This document shows, one piece after another, positions 9,439 to 17,291 of a stretch of DNA of 64,000 bases. The notes beneath the pieces were generated by a model. That model was given only the letters and a program-made list of their open reading frames with translations. It searched no databases and was not told the origin of the DNA. This DNA comes from a virus. Lineage: Duplodnaviria; Caudoviricetes. The first letter of the stretch is position 1. Every line of letters begins with the position of its first letter. The stretch lies in the IMG/VR virus record IMGVR_UViG_3300034073_003276; one strand, 5' to 3'. A program made the position numbers and the translations under genes.

Positions 9439-10732
9439 TTTTTTTAATAATATAATTATCAATAACTTCTTCTATGTATTCTATCATAGAATCTGTAATT
9501 GTGGGAGAACATCCAACGAAAAAGACATTATCTAAAACCTTCATAGCATTTGGATAATTAAATGCAGATTCAAGGTATCTATACGCTGGATGAATTAAAA
9601 GATTACCTGCAAAATAATTTCGAGTTTGAATTTTATTTTCTTCCAAAAATTTAACTATATCAGATTTATCACCATCACAAATAATAGGAACACCAAACCA
9701 ACTTGTCTCGGCGTGTGGCAATTCATCTATGCTACGAACTCCAGGAATCTTTTCAAATATTTTTTGAATTCTTAATTTATTAAGTCTACGAATATAGTGA
9801 ATTTCATCAAACTTTTTAATCTGAACAGATCCAATTGCTCCGAGCATATCAATTGGTTTTAAATTATATCCAATATTTCCAAACACATACTTGTGGTCAA
9901 CGACTTTATCATATCCAACTAACCAATTATCAAATCTTTTACCACAAGTACCACAACTTAAAAGATTTTGAGAACCTACACAATAACAATCTCTACCCCA
10001 CCAAGCAAAACTACGAGCAATATCTACAACTTCTTTAATATTAGATGATACCATTCCACCTTCAATGGTAGTAATATGATGTGCAGGATAAAAAGAACAA
10101 GAAGCGGCAACAGCGTGATCTGTAAGATATTTTCCCCTCCACTTACTACCAAGACTATCACAATTGTCTGCTATCAAATGAAGATTATATTCATCACAAA
10201 TATTTAAAACCTTATCATAATCATAAGGATTGGCAAGAACGGGAGATGAAAATATTGCTCGTGTTTTTGAAGTAATTTTTTTACAAACTTGATCTAAATC
10301 CCAATTAAGATCTTTATAATCAATATCTACAAATACTGGTTTTAAATTATTTTGAATGATTGGATTAAGAGTTGTAGGAAACCCACAGACAGACACGATT
10401 ATTTCATCACCATCATTCCAACCAAAATATTTTTTAAGTGCAGCAATCATTATAAGATTTGCAGAACTTCCAGAATTAACCATTACTGAATGATTAAAAT
10501 TAAATTTTTTAGAAAATTCTTTTTCAAATTTATTAACTTCTTCTCCAGATGAAAGCCATTTTCCAGTTAAAAAAGTTTTAAGTGCTGCCTCAATTTCTTG
10601 ATTGTCCCAATACGGTCCAGAATAAAAGATATTACTTTCACCCTTTACATAATCGTTATTATAGAGATAAGGAAAGAAATTTTCTTGAGTATCAAATAAA
10701 TTGTCAATAAAATGTTTTACTTGTTCTTTCAT
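9431..10732 (-). CDS. rfbH: NDP-4-keto-6-deoxyglucose 3-dehydratase (RfbH/DdhC/AscC, E1 type)
   Basis: DegT fold with SFYPAHHIT (His in place of the PLP Lys) and WGRDCYC-x8-CGTCGKRF Fe-S cysteine cluster. Confidence 0.9.
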   Translation of the reverse strand: MKEQVKHFIDNLFDTQENFFPYLYNNDYVKGESNIFYSGPYWDNQEIEAALKTFLTGKWLSSGEEVNKFEKEFSKKFNFNHSVMVNSGSSANLIMIAALKKYFGWNDGDEIIVSVCGFPTTLNPIIQNNLKPVFVDIDYKDLNWDLDQVCKKITSKTRAIFSSPVLANPYDYDKVLNICDEYNLHLIADNCDSLGSKWRGKYLTDHAVAASCSFYPAHHITTIEGGMVSSNIKEVVDIARSFAWWGRDCYCVGSQNLLSCGTCGKRFDNWLVGYDKVVDHKYVFGNIGYNLKPIDMLGAIGSVQIKKFDEIHYIRRLNKLRIQKIFEKIPGVRSIDELPHAETSWFGVPIICDGDKSDIVKFLEENKIQTRNYFAGNLLIHPAYRYLESAFNYPNAMKVLDNVFFVGCSPTITDSMIEYIEEVIDNYIIKKNV

Positions 10733-10737
10733 TTTTT

Positions 10738-11580
10738 TTAGTTATCATTACATAATTTAGTTAATCCTTGCTCCAGTTTAATAAAATTAAAATTTTCAAA
10801 AGATTTAATTTTATTAATATTAAGAGTACTATTTTTTACTTGAATAAATTTTTGATTTTTTGGAAATGGGACTTCAACCAAATTACTTTGACTTTTTATC
10901 AATTCTCTTGCATTAATAATAATATCTTTAAATAAAAATGATTCTCCAGATGCAATATTATAAATCTCATTTACATGACTTTTATCAATTAAAGTATAAA
11001 TTACTCTACATATATCTTCAACAAACATATAATCCTTTAAAAATTTACCACCTTCGTAAAGATTAATATCTTGATTTTTTTTAAGGAGTTCAATCATAAA
11101 CCCAAGAACATTTTTACCTGGTGATATTGTTTTATCTAAACCGTAAACATTCCCAATTCTGAAAATTCTATACTTAATTCCGAAAGTTTCGCAAAAGGAG
11201 ATTAAGAGTTGTTCGGCACATCTTTTAGTAATTGAATAAAATCCAGTTGGATTGCAACAATCAGTTTCTTTAGCATCTATTATATCATTACCATAAACAA
11301 AACCTGAACTGATAAAATTAAAAGTTATGTCTTTGTCTTTACAGTTGTTTAAAATATCAACAAATAAACTTAAATTTGTATCAATATCAATATGCAAATT
11401 TGTAAAAATGCTTTGATTTGTTGTTGTACTTATAAAATACAAGACTTCTTGGGTTTTTGGATATTTACTTCCTCTCGGTATAATTACAACTTGGTCAGAA
11501 AACAATTTGCAAAATGTTCCTCCAATAAATCCAGTCCCACCAAACACTGATATTTTATTCATACTTTTCACAATCTTCAA
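10738..11580 (-). CDS. NAD-dependent epimerase/dehydratase/reductase (extended SDR)
   Basis: GGTGFIG, YSITK (YxxxK), RIGNVYG. Confidence 0.9.
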   Translation of the reverse strand: MKIVKSMNKISVFGGTGFIGGTFCKLFSDQVVIIPRGSKYPKTQEVLYFISTTTNQSIFTNLHIDIDTNLSLFVDILNNCKDKDITFNFISSGFVYGNDIIDAKETDCCNPTGFYSITKRCAEQLLISFCETFGIKYRIFRIGNVYGLDKTISPGKNVLGFMIELLKKNQDINLYEGGKFLKDYMFVEDICRVIYTLIDKSHVNEIYNIASGESFLFKDIIINARELIKSQSNLVEVPFPKNQKFIQVKNSTLNINKIKSFENFNFIKLEQGLTKLCNDN

Positions 11581-12118
11581 AAGTAAATCCTACTTCATCT
11601 TTATTAGACAAAATTGGATTTGAAACTTTCCAATCAACATTTAAAGTTTTATCATTCCATAACAAAGTTCTTTCATGTTCAACATATTGGTAATCAGTAA
11701 CCTTATAAAGAACCTCTGCAGTGGAAGACAAAACAGAGAATCCATGAGCAAATCCAGGAGGAACCCATAGTTGATAAAGACCTGGTTTTAAATGAACACC
11801 AATCCATTTTCCAAATGTTTGAGAACTTTGGCGAAGATCCACAATCACATCATAAATTTCTCCAGATAAACATCGAACAATTTTTCCTTGAGCATGATCG
11901 ATTTGATAATGCAATCCACGTATTACATTTTTTGTAGATACTGAATGACAATCTTGGACAAATTCATACTGTCCAATAATTTTTTGAACTTCTTGAAGAT
12001 TGAAAGACTCTGTAAAAGAACCTCTATGATCTTCATACACTCTCGTTGTAAAAAGATATGCGTCTTTAAGTTCAGTTTCTATTGCGTTCATACCACTCAA
12101 TTGCTTTTTGTAATCCAT
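11555..12118 (-). CDS. rfbC: dTDP-4-dehydrorhamnose 3,5-epimerase family (RmlC/RfbC)
   Basis: DHRGSFTESF, NVIRGLHYQ, VDLRQSSQTFG, VPPGFAHGF. Confidence 0.95.
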   Translation of the reverse strand: MDYKKQLSGMNAIETELKDAYLFTTRVYEDHRGSFTESFNLQEVQKIIGQYEFVQDCHSVSTKNVIRGLHYQIDHAQGKIVRCLSGEIYDVIVDLRQSSQTFGKWIGVHLKPGLYQLWVPPGFAHGFSVLSSTAEVLYKVTDYQYVEHERTLLWNDKTLNVDWKVSNPILSNKDEVGFTFEDCEKYE

Positions 12119-12166
12119 AATCTAGAGAGTTTTTACATCTCTCTTTTGGGTCATTGACTCCACCAC

Positions 12167-12400
12167 TTAGTTTTGAGAAACTAAGAAAAGTTGTATAAGT
12201 TTTGGTATTTCAATTGCAGCATAAAAACCACAAAGAACTAATATATCCCAAAACTTATATTTGAGTGCAAAAGGAACTACGAAAGCATTTCCTATACACT
12301 TTACTAATAATCCAGATTTTGGATCTCCCCATAACAGAAAAAAGTATCCTGATAAGAGGAGAATATTTCCAATGTATCGCAATACATCAGTGTTTTTCAT
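12167..12400 (-). CDS. small membrane protein, hypothetical
   Basis: 77 aa with 2-3 hydrophobic segments. Confidence 0.7.
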   Translation of the reverse strand: MKNTDVLRYIGNILLLSGYFFLLWGDPKSGLLVKCIGNAFVVPFALKYKFWDILVLCGFYAAIEIPKLIQLFLVSQN

Positions 12401-12426
12401 AAGGGGTTTGCTCCCGACCAGTGCTG

Positions 12427-12693
12427 TTATAGACCATCCGTGTCTTCGTCATCATCTTTTACATAAGCAGGGACTCTATCAGGATCTAACCAGCAGGTGT
12501 AGTCATGATCCTCCATAGCAGTCATAAGTTGCATTTCATTATCTAGAAGATACATATCCCTATATCGACCAGTGTAGGAATCTACTTTTTGGATACGATA
12601 ATCAGGTTTGCTATTAATTTCAAGAATACCAACTTGAACGTATCGATAAGGAAAACGCTCAAGAAGCACAGTGGGTTTCCTGACAACTTTCAT
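12427..12693 (-). CDS. conserved cyanophage hypothetical protein
   Basis: coupled ORF, LLERFPYRYVQVG N-terminus. Confidence 0.7.
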   Translation of the reverse strand: MKVVRKPTVLLERFPYRYVQVGILEINSKPDYRIQKVDSYTGRYRDMYLLDNEMQLMTAMEDHDYTCWLDPDRVPAYVKDDDEDTDGL

Positions 12694-12908
12694 CAGGCAA
12701 CCTCAACCGCTTCAAGATCTTGTGCGATATAATCAATCAACATTTCATAATCGTCAAGGGGGTCACCAGAAAATACGACACCTTCATTTTCATAAAAGCG
12801 ACGGACCTTTTTATAAAGTTTCGGATTCTTTACATCAAGGTAGATTTCCCCGTTAGCAGCAAGACGAAGAGTGCTAACATCTTTCTTGAATTTTGTAATC
12901 AGAGACAT
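12693..12908 (-). CDS. conserved cyanophage hypothetical protein
   Basis: first gene after the sigma70-type promoter at 12932-12960. Confidence 0.75.
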   Translation of the reverse strand: MSLITKFKKDVSTLRLAANGEIYLDVKNPKLYKKVRRFYENEGVVFSGDPLDDYEMLIDYIAQDLEAVEVA

Positions 12909-12931
12909 TGTTTTGTGCTATTTACTCAAAT

Positions 12932-12983
12932 ATTATAAGGGTTTTGAGTGTCTATGTCAAGTGGTCCAGTTTTTAAAGTGGAC
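12932..12983 (-). promoter_or_regulatory. sigma70-type early promoter with upstream palindromic box
   Basis: TTGACA-17-TATAAT preceded by GTCCACTTTAAAAACTGGACCAC. Confidence 0.8.
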
Positions 12984-12996
12984 AACTTTGCCATAT

Positions 12997-13560
12997 TTAT
13001 CTCCATTTTGGACCTTCAAACCAAGCAGCTAGACTGTGCCGTATTCCACTTGAAACAGAATCTGCTTGATGATATGTGAAAGAAGGGAAGAATATTACTG
13101 TTCCCTGTTGTTTAATTTCAATAGGATCTGGATACTGCAAACAACCAAATAATCTCAAGTCTCCACCCTCATATTCAGATGGATCAGTCAATTGAACTAC
13201 AGCACTTAATTTTCTATGTCTTGGCGAATTATTAATCCAAAATACATCTTGATGTTTTCCATAACAACCATTATAACTTCCATCATATTCTGCTAATTGA
13301 ATATAATCTAAATTATCAATATCAAATCCAAACCATTCTTCGTTTGCTATTTTTTCCATTTCCCATAAGGCATTATAAAGTTCAGGAAAAATATCTGAAT
13401 AAATCCAAGCAATTTTACTTTTTCGATACCCTTCATTACTTGTAGATCCATCTTCTCCAAGATTTGGATCTTGAAATTGAAGATTTTTAGACCTTTCTAT
13501 AATTGATTGGCAATAATCTGGAGAAAAATACGATTTAAAATAGCACCACTCACCTTTCAT
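12997..13560 (-). CDS. 2OG-Fe(II) oxygenase (prolyl 4-hydroxylase/PKHD-like)
   Basis: HQD, RKLSAVVQL, YEGGDL, FFPSFTYH, RHSL. Confidence 0.9.
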   Translation of the reverse strand: MKGEWCYFKSYFSPDYCQSIIERSKNLQFQDPNLGEDGSTSNEGYRKSKIAWIYSDIFPELYNALWEMEKIANEEWFGFDIDNLDYIQLAEYDGSYNGCYGKHQDVFWINNSPRHRKLSAVVQLTDPSEYEGGDLRLFGCLQYPDPIEIKQQGTVIFFPSFTYHQADSVSSGIRHSLAAWFEGPKWR

Positions 13561-13679
13561 ATACTTTTTTTACTATGTATAACCATAATTCCAAGAATAG
13601 GAACGACAATAATGCCAAATCCACAGAGACCCAACCATATTGGACTTGCTGCGAGTGTCTCTACAATATGAAAAATCAT
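13557..13679 (-). CDS. 40 aa single-TM micro-protein (MIFHIVETLAASPIW...)
   Basis: translated by hand; ATGA-type overlaps with both neighbours. Confidence 0.6.
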   Translation of the reverse strand: MIFHIVETLAASPIWLGLCGFGIIVVPILGIMVIHSKKSI

Positions 13680-13873
13680 CTTCCTCTCCAATTCTTGTAT
13701 TCAAAGTAAAAGTATTGGTCTACCTCATCAAGACCGCTCAGAGGGGCATCTACACCCCACTCAGACCACTCTAAACAAAACTGCCTGATATCGTGATTGT
13801 TTATGATTGAGTGCCCGTGTATTCTCACAAACGATGACATAGCAAAATGATATTTCTTACTGTGGGTAGGCAT
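13676..13873 (-). CDS. hypothetical protein
   Basis: 65 aa ORF in a coupled string. Confidence 0.6.
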   Translation of the reverse strand: MPTHSKKYHFAMSSFVRIHGHSIINNHDIRQFCLEWSEWGVDAPLSGLDEVDQYFYFEYKNWRGR

Positions 13874-13943
13874 TGTGAAGTCCCCAGTTTATGAATAGAG
13901 CAATTGCCGAAAAAAGTAAAATGGCAGATATGGAAGTTTTCAT
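13857..13943 (-). CDS. 28 aa hydrophobic micro-protein (MKTSISAILLFSAIALFINWGLHNAYPQ)
   Basis: translated by hand; TAATG coupling to upstream ORF. Confidence 0.5.
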   Translation of the reverse strand: MKTSISAILLFSAIALFINWGLHNAYPQ

Positions 13944-14077
13944 TACATTCCTCCGTTTCTAAATCCGACTATGTATCCGATAATAACTCCACACATAAAT
14001 GCTATAAACATATAAAGCATATGTGAAGCAAACTCAATGAATAATAACCAGTCCGTCGTCGTAATCATCGTCCTCAT
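13943..14077 (-). CDS. 44 aa single-TM micro-protein
   Basis: translated by hand (..ASHMLYMFIAFMCGVIIGYIVGFRNGGM). Confidence 0.5.
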   Translation of the reverse strand: MRTMITTTDWLLFIEFASHMLYMFIAFMCGVIIGYIVGFRNGGM

Positions 14078-14168
14078 AAGTAGATGGCTCTTCAAATAAT
14101 TCAATCATTTTTTGTTTCAAAACTATTTCTTGCAATTCTTGCAAATCTTCTTCTGTTAAACTTATCAT
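14034..14168 (-). CDS. 44 aa acidic micro-protein (MISLTEEDLQELQE...)
   Basis: translated by hand; ATGA overlap with upstream ORF. Confidence 0.55.
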   Translation of the reverse strand: MISLTEEDLQELQEIVLKQKMIELFEEPSTYEDDDYDDGLVIIH

Positions 14169-14344
14169 TTGTCCTTTAAAAGTTCTTCTAGTCTTTTACG
14201 CATACTGGAACTTTCTTGTTTCATATAGTCTCTGAGTGAATATCCTCTTTGACCTTTCATGATACAATTTCCCTGATAAAACATAGTACCAGCAAATACT
14301 AAAAGGAAAATAATTCCTATTATTTCAGGGTAATGTCTAACCAT
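14165..14344 (-). CDS. 59 aa single-TM protein
   Basis: translated by hand (MVRHYPEIIGIIFLLVFAGTMFYQG...). Confidence 0.55.
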   Translation of the reverse strand: MVRHYPEIIGIIFLLVFAGTMFYQGNCIMKGQRGYSLRDYMKQESSSMRKRLEELLKDK

Positions 14345-14523
14345 GGGAATATGGGAGGAATAACACCTACAAGTCTTAAAAGTCCCTCAGCAAATAAAGC
14401 AAGAACAACCCAACCAACGCACATAGAAATAATGGAAGCATTCCGATTGTGCCTTCGTATAGCAGCATCAATCATCTCCTGAACTTCATACCTACTCACA
14501 AACTCATCATTTTCATGAATCAT
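14320..14523 (-). CDS. small membrane protein, hypothetical
   Basis: 67 aa with one TM segment. Confidence 0.7.
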   Translation of the reverse strand: MIHENDEFVSRYEVQEMIDAAIRRHNRNASIISMCVGWVVLALFAEGLLRLVGVIPPIFPWLDITLK

Positions 14524-14669
14524 TTTTCATCTCCAAGAAACTTTGCTAAAGGGTCTCTTCGGGTCTTTACAATTTCAACTGCTCTTTTATAAAACATATT
14601 GTTTAGATTTCCAGAAGCTTCGAAAGTTTCCTTGATCTTCACCCAATTATCGTAGGTGTGTTGATCCAT
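14520..14669 (-). CDS. 49 aa hypothetical protein (MDQHTYDNWVKIKETFE...)
   Basis: translated by hand; ATGA overlap; promoter-like TTGACA box upstream. Confidence 0.65.
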   Translation of the reverse strand: MDQHTYDNWVKIKETFEASGNLNNMFYKRAVEIVKTRRDPLAKFLGDEK

Positions 14670-14775
14670 AGGTTTTAGGTTGAATACTACTAGTTATGCT
14701 AGTGAGTAATTCTACTGTGTCAAGTTTGTGTTGATACAAAAATATAGATTAAAAAAATATAAAATTTGTTACAAA

Positions 14776-15033
14776 TTATCTTATTTCAAAATCCAATCGT
14801 CTTACTTTTCTCTGACGACGTGCTTCTTGCCACATAATGTCTTCGTTAGTCAAAACATTATTTTTAGATTTAATATTATATGAATTTAACATAACAACTT
14901 GTGATAGATCATTTGCAGATATCTTATCACCACGAATAGTTGCCATATTATGACAACCACAAGTCACCGTTTTATTTTGATGCCCCTCTATCTCCTTTCC
15001 ACAGGAGCGGCATCTTATTCTAATGTTTTCCAT
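14776..15033 (-). CDS. hypothetical protein with CxxC/CxC zinc-ribbon motifs
   Basis: CRSCG and TCGCHN. Confidence 0.75.
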   Translation of the reverse strand: MENIRIRCRSCGKEIEGHQNKTVTCGCHNMATIRGDKISANDLSQVVMLNSYNIKSKNNVLTNEDIMWQEARRQRKVRRLDFEIR

Positions 15034-15074
15034 CTGTATAATCAGTTATACTTCTTCAATTTTTTTTATTTATA

Positions 15075-15146
15075 TGGGCGAAGAGGGATTCGAACCCCCG
15101 ACTGCCTCGGTGTAAACGAGGAACTCTACCACTGAGTTATTCGCCC
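15075..15146 (-). tRNA. trnV: tRNA-Val(TAC)
   Basis: cloverleaf; anticodon arm CCTCG-TTTACAC-CGAGG; TTCGAAT T-loop. Confidence 0.95.
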
Positions 15147-15153
15147 TAAAAAG

Positions 15154-15318
15154 TCAAGATTGACTTAAAAGGTATTCTACCGTATTTGCTACATCATTCA
15201 TAGCATCACGAAGATTTTCTCTTTGACCCGATTCTTGCTTACGAATCGGTCTTGAACTATCAGTGAGAGTCCAACGCCACTGATTCATATCCTTACAATA
15301 CCACAAATTAATTTTCAT
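15154..15318 (-). CDS. 54 aa hypothetical protein (MKINLWYCKDMNQWRWTL...)
   Basis: translated by hand. Confidence 0.65.
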   Translation of the reverse strand: MKINLWYCKDMNQWRWTLTDSSRPIRKQESGQRENLRDAMNDVANTVEYLLSQS

Positions 15319-15463
15319 TCTTCGATTGCTCTAGTTTAATCCAATTAATTAGAGCATTGATTTCCATTTTTTTCTCTTCAGTAAAATCAAATTGTTTATT
15401 GAAGAGATAAAAATCAAGTGCTTCAACAGCAAGTTTTCTATCTTTTTGGGAAATAAGAGACAT
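15308..15463 (-). CDS. 51 aa hypothetical protein (MSLISQKDRKLAVEALDFY...)
   Basis: translated by hand; GGAGG SD; downstream of the promoter at 15485-15530. Confidence 0.65.
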   Translation of the reverse strand: MSLISQKDRKLAVEALDFYLFNKQFDFTEEKKMEINALINWIKLEQSKNEN

Positions 15464-15484
15464 AAACCTCCTAACTCGTTTCTT

Positions 15485-15540
15485 ATTATACTAAAAAAGG
15501 GAGTTGTTGTCAACCCCCCAATTCACACTATGTAGTGATT
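15485..15540 (-). terminator. intrinsic terminator after the porin with an embedded sigma70 -35 box
   Basis: GGGGGTTG-ACAA-CAACTCCC-T6; TTGACA-17-TATAAT runs through it. Confidence 0.75.
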
Positions 15541-15541
15541 A

Positions 15542-17011
15542 TCAGAACTTAAAGGTTGTCTGAATTACACCGCCCCAATTAGAGGAGTTGCCAACAAGAC
15601 GCTGGTTGTCACTACCGTAGATGATAGCAGGAGTGACACTGATGTTATCAGACACTTGATACTTGTAGAAAAATTCAAGCATCGTGGACTTCTCAAGGTT
15701 AGAACCAGTAGGTGCTTGACCAATAGCAACACCAGCGGAGTTGCCATCAACAAACACATCATCCCAAGTCAGACCAGCAAACCAGGATTGGCTGTTGGTA
15801 GCAGCACTCTTAGTACCACTCACGGTATTCCAACCATAACCACCAGAGATGGAGGGAACCCAACCAGATTGGGTTGGTTGCCAATATGCGTTCAGAGCAT
15901 ATCCATTGGAGGTTTGACCAGGAACCAGAGTGCCCGAAGCACCATTCAGACCATTATAGGTGCGAACACGGGTGCCTTCTGTGCCATAACGATATCCGAA
16001 AGCAGCACCCCAGTTAGTACCGCGATATCCAACTTGTGCCAAAGTATTCAGAGCACCAGAGCGATCAAACTCACCAGTCGAACTATCAGCACCGTTTTGT
16101 GCCACATAGTTTACACCAGCAACAAGACCTTTCTTACCATACTGGATACCAAAACCAGAACCAGTTGCCTTGTTATAAACACCAGGAGCACCAGCAACAG
16201 CAAAGAAGTCAAGAATACCAGACTTATATGCGGTAGGCATCCAAGCAATTTCAGTGTTACGAACCAGAGCACCAGCAGTCAGAGTTGCTTTGTTATTGAA
16301 AGCAGGGAACTGATAGTACAGACGGTCGATTACAACTTCGTTGCCACTATCACCAGTGGTGTTGTCTGCCTTATCCAGTTTGAAGATAGATGAACTGGAA
16401 CCGAAAGGATTGCTGCTGAAGTTAGCAGAACGTAGACGGGTCTTGAGAAGATCTTTACCAGTGAATGAGGTATCCAGGTTCAAACGCAGGTCATAGTTGA
16501 ATGCAGTATGAGTTACATCACCTTTCTTGGTTTGATACTTATCAACACCACCGATTACGAAGTTTGCTTCACCACGCAGTTTGGTAGTGGTAGAGAATTG
16601 GGTTGCTTCAAGTTCTGTAACTTGTGCTTCCAGACCATCTACACGACCTTTGAGAACTGCGAGTTCGGCAGCAAACTCATTAGCAAGACGCTTGAGTTCG
16701 TCAGTGACTTCAGTTACACGATCAAGGCAAGCATTCAGAAGTGCTGCTGCCTCATAGCGAGTCATAGCACGACCACCACGGAAAGTGCCGTTAGGATATC
16801 CTGCTACGCAACCATATTGCTCTACAAGATTGCTAAGTGCCTGATATGCCCAATCGGTTGGTTGGACATCGGAGAATTGAGTAACACTCGTAACCTGTTC
16901 TGAGGAAGTATATTGGTTGACTGCTGCCATATTAAGATCTGCGGCATTCGCAGCAACAGGAGCAACCATTCCCAGAGCAACAGGTGCGAGCATCAGTTGT
17001 TTGAGTTTCAT
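15542..17011 (-). CDS. cyanobacterial Som/iron-uptake-type outer-membrane porin with SLH domain
   Basis: signal peptide; FSDVQPTDWAYQAL..LVEQYGCVAGYP SLH domain; TRYEAAALL coiled coil; QFSTTTKLRGE; C-terminal TTFKF. Confidence 0.95.
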   Translation of the reverse strand: MKLKQLMLAPVALGMVAPVAANAADLNMAAVNQYTSSEQVTSVTQFSDVQPTDWAYQALSNLVEQYGCVAGYPNGTFRGGRAMTRYEAAALLNACLDRVTEVTDELKRLANEFAAELAVLKGRVDGLEAQVTELEATQFSTTTKLRGEANFVIGGVDKYQTKKGDVTHTAFNYDLRLNLDTSFTGKDLLKTRLRSANFSSNPFGSSSSIFKLDKADNTTGDSGNEVVIDRLYYQFPAFNNKATLTAGALVRNTEIAWMPTAYKSGILDFFAVAGAPGVYNKATGSGFGIQYGKKGLVAGVNYVAQNGADSSTGEFDRSGALNTLAQVGYRGTNWGAAFGYRYGTEGTRVRTYNGLNGASGTLVPGQTSNGYALNAYWQPTQSGWVPSISGGYGWNTVSGTKSAATNSQSWFAGLTWDDVFVDGNSAGVAIGQAPTGSNLEKSTMLEFFYKYQVSDNISVTPAIIYGSDNQRLVGNSSNWGGVIQTTFKF

Positions 17012-17071
17012 ATAGTTTGTTAAGAATTACAACTACAAGGTTTATTTAGACGCTCCAGGAATTATGGAGCA

Positions 17072-17143
17072 AGCGGAATAGGGGATTCGAACCCCTGACG
17101 TTCAGCTTGGAAGGCTGACATTCTACCACTGAATTAATTCCGC
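17072..17143 (-). tRNA. trnG: tRNA-Gly(TCC)
   Basis: anticodon arm TCAGC-CTTCCAA-GCTGA. Confidence 0.95.
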
Positions 17144-17190
17144 AAGTGTGGGAGATTGCTCTCCCAACGCACTTCCTTCGCACAAGAGGA

Positions 17191-17219
17191 AATATAAGAC
17201 AAATATTATGATTTGTCAA
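17191..17219 (-). promoter_or_regulatory. sigma70-type promoter upstream of tRNA-Gly
   Basis: TTGACA-17-TATATT. Confidence 0.7.
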
Positions 17220-17291
17220 GCCCCCGACAAGATTTGAACTTGCGACAACCGCTTTACAAAAGCGGTGCTCTACCAACTGAGCTACAAGGGC
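17219..17291 (-). tRNA. trnT: tRNA-Thr(TGT)
   Basis: anticodon arm CCGCT-TTTGTAA-AGCGG. Confidence 0.95.

Noticed and set aside
14725-14738. NtcA-like site (GTA-N8-AAC on the minus strand) near a promoter
   Set aside because: Non-canonical single occurrence in AT-rich DNA, likely by chance.
15656-16393. 245-aa + strand ORF (and 16508..16903) opposite the porin
   Set aside because: Antisense shadow of a codon-biased gene; no SD, promoter or motif.
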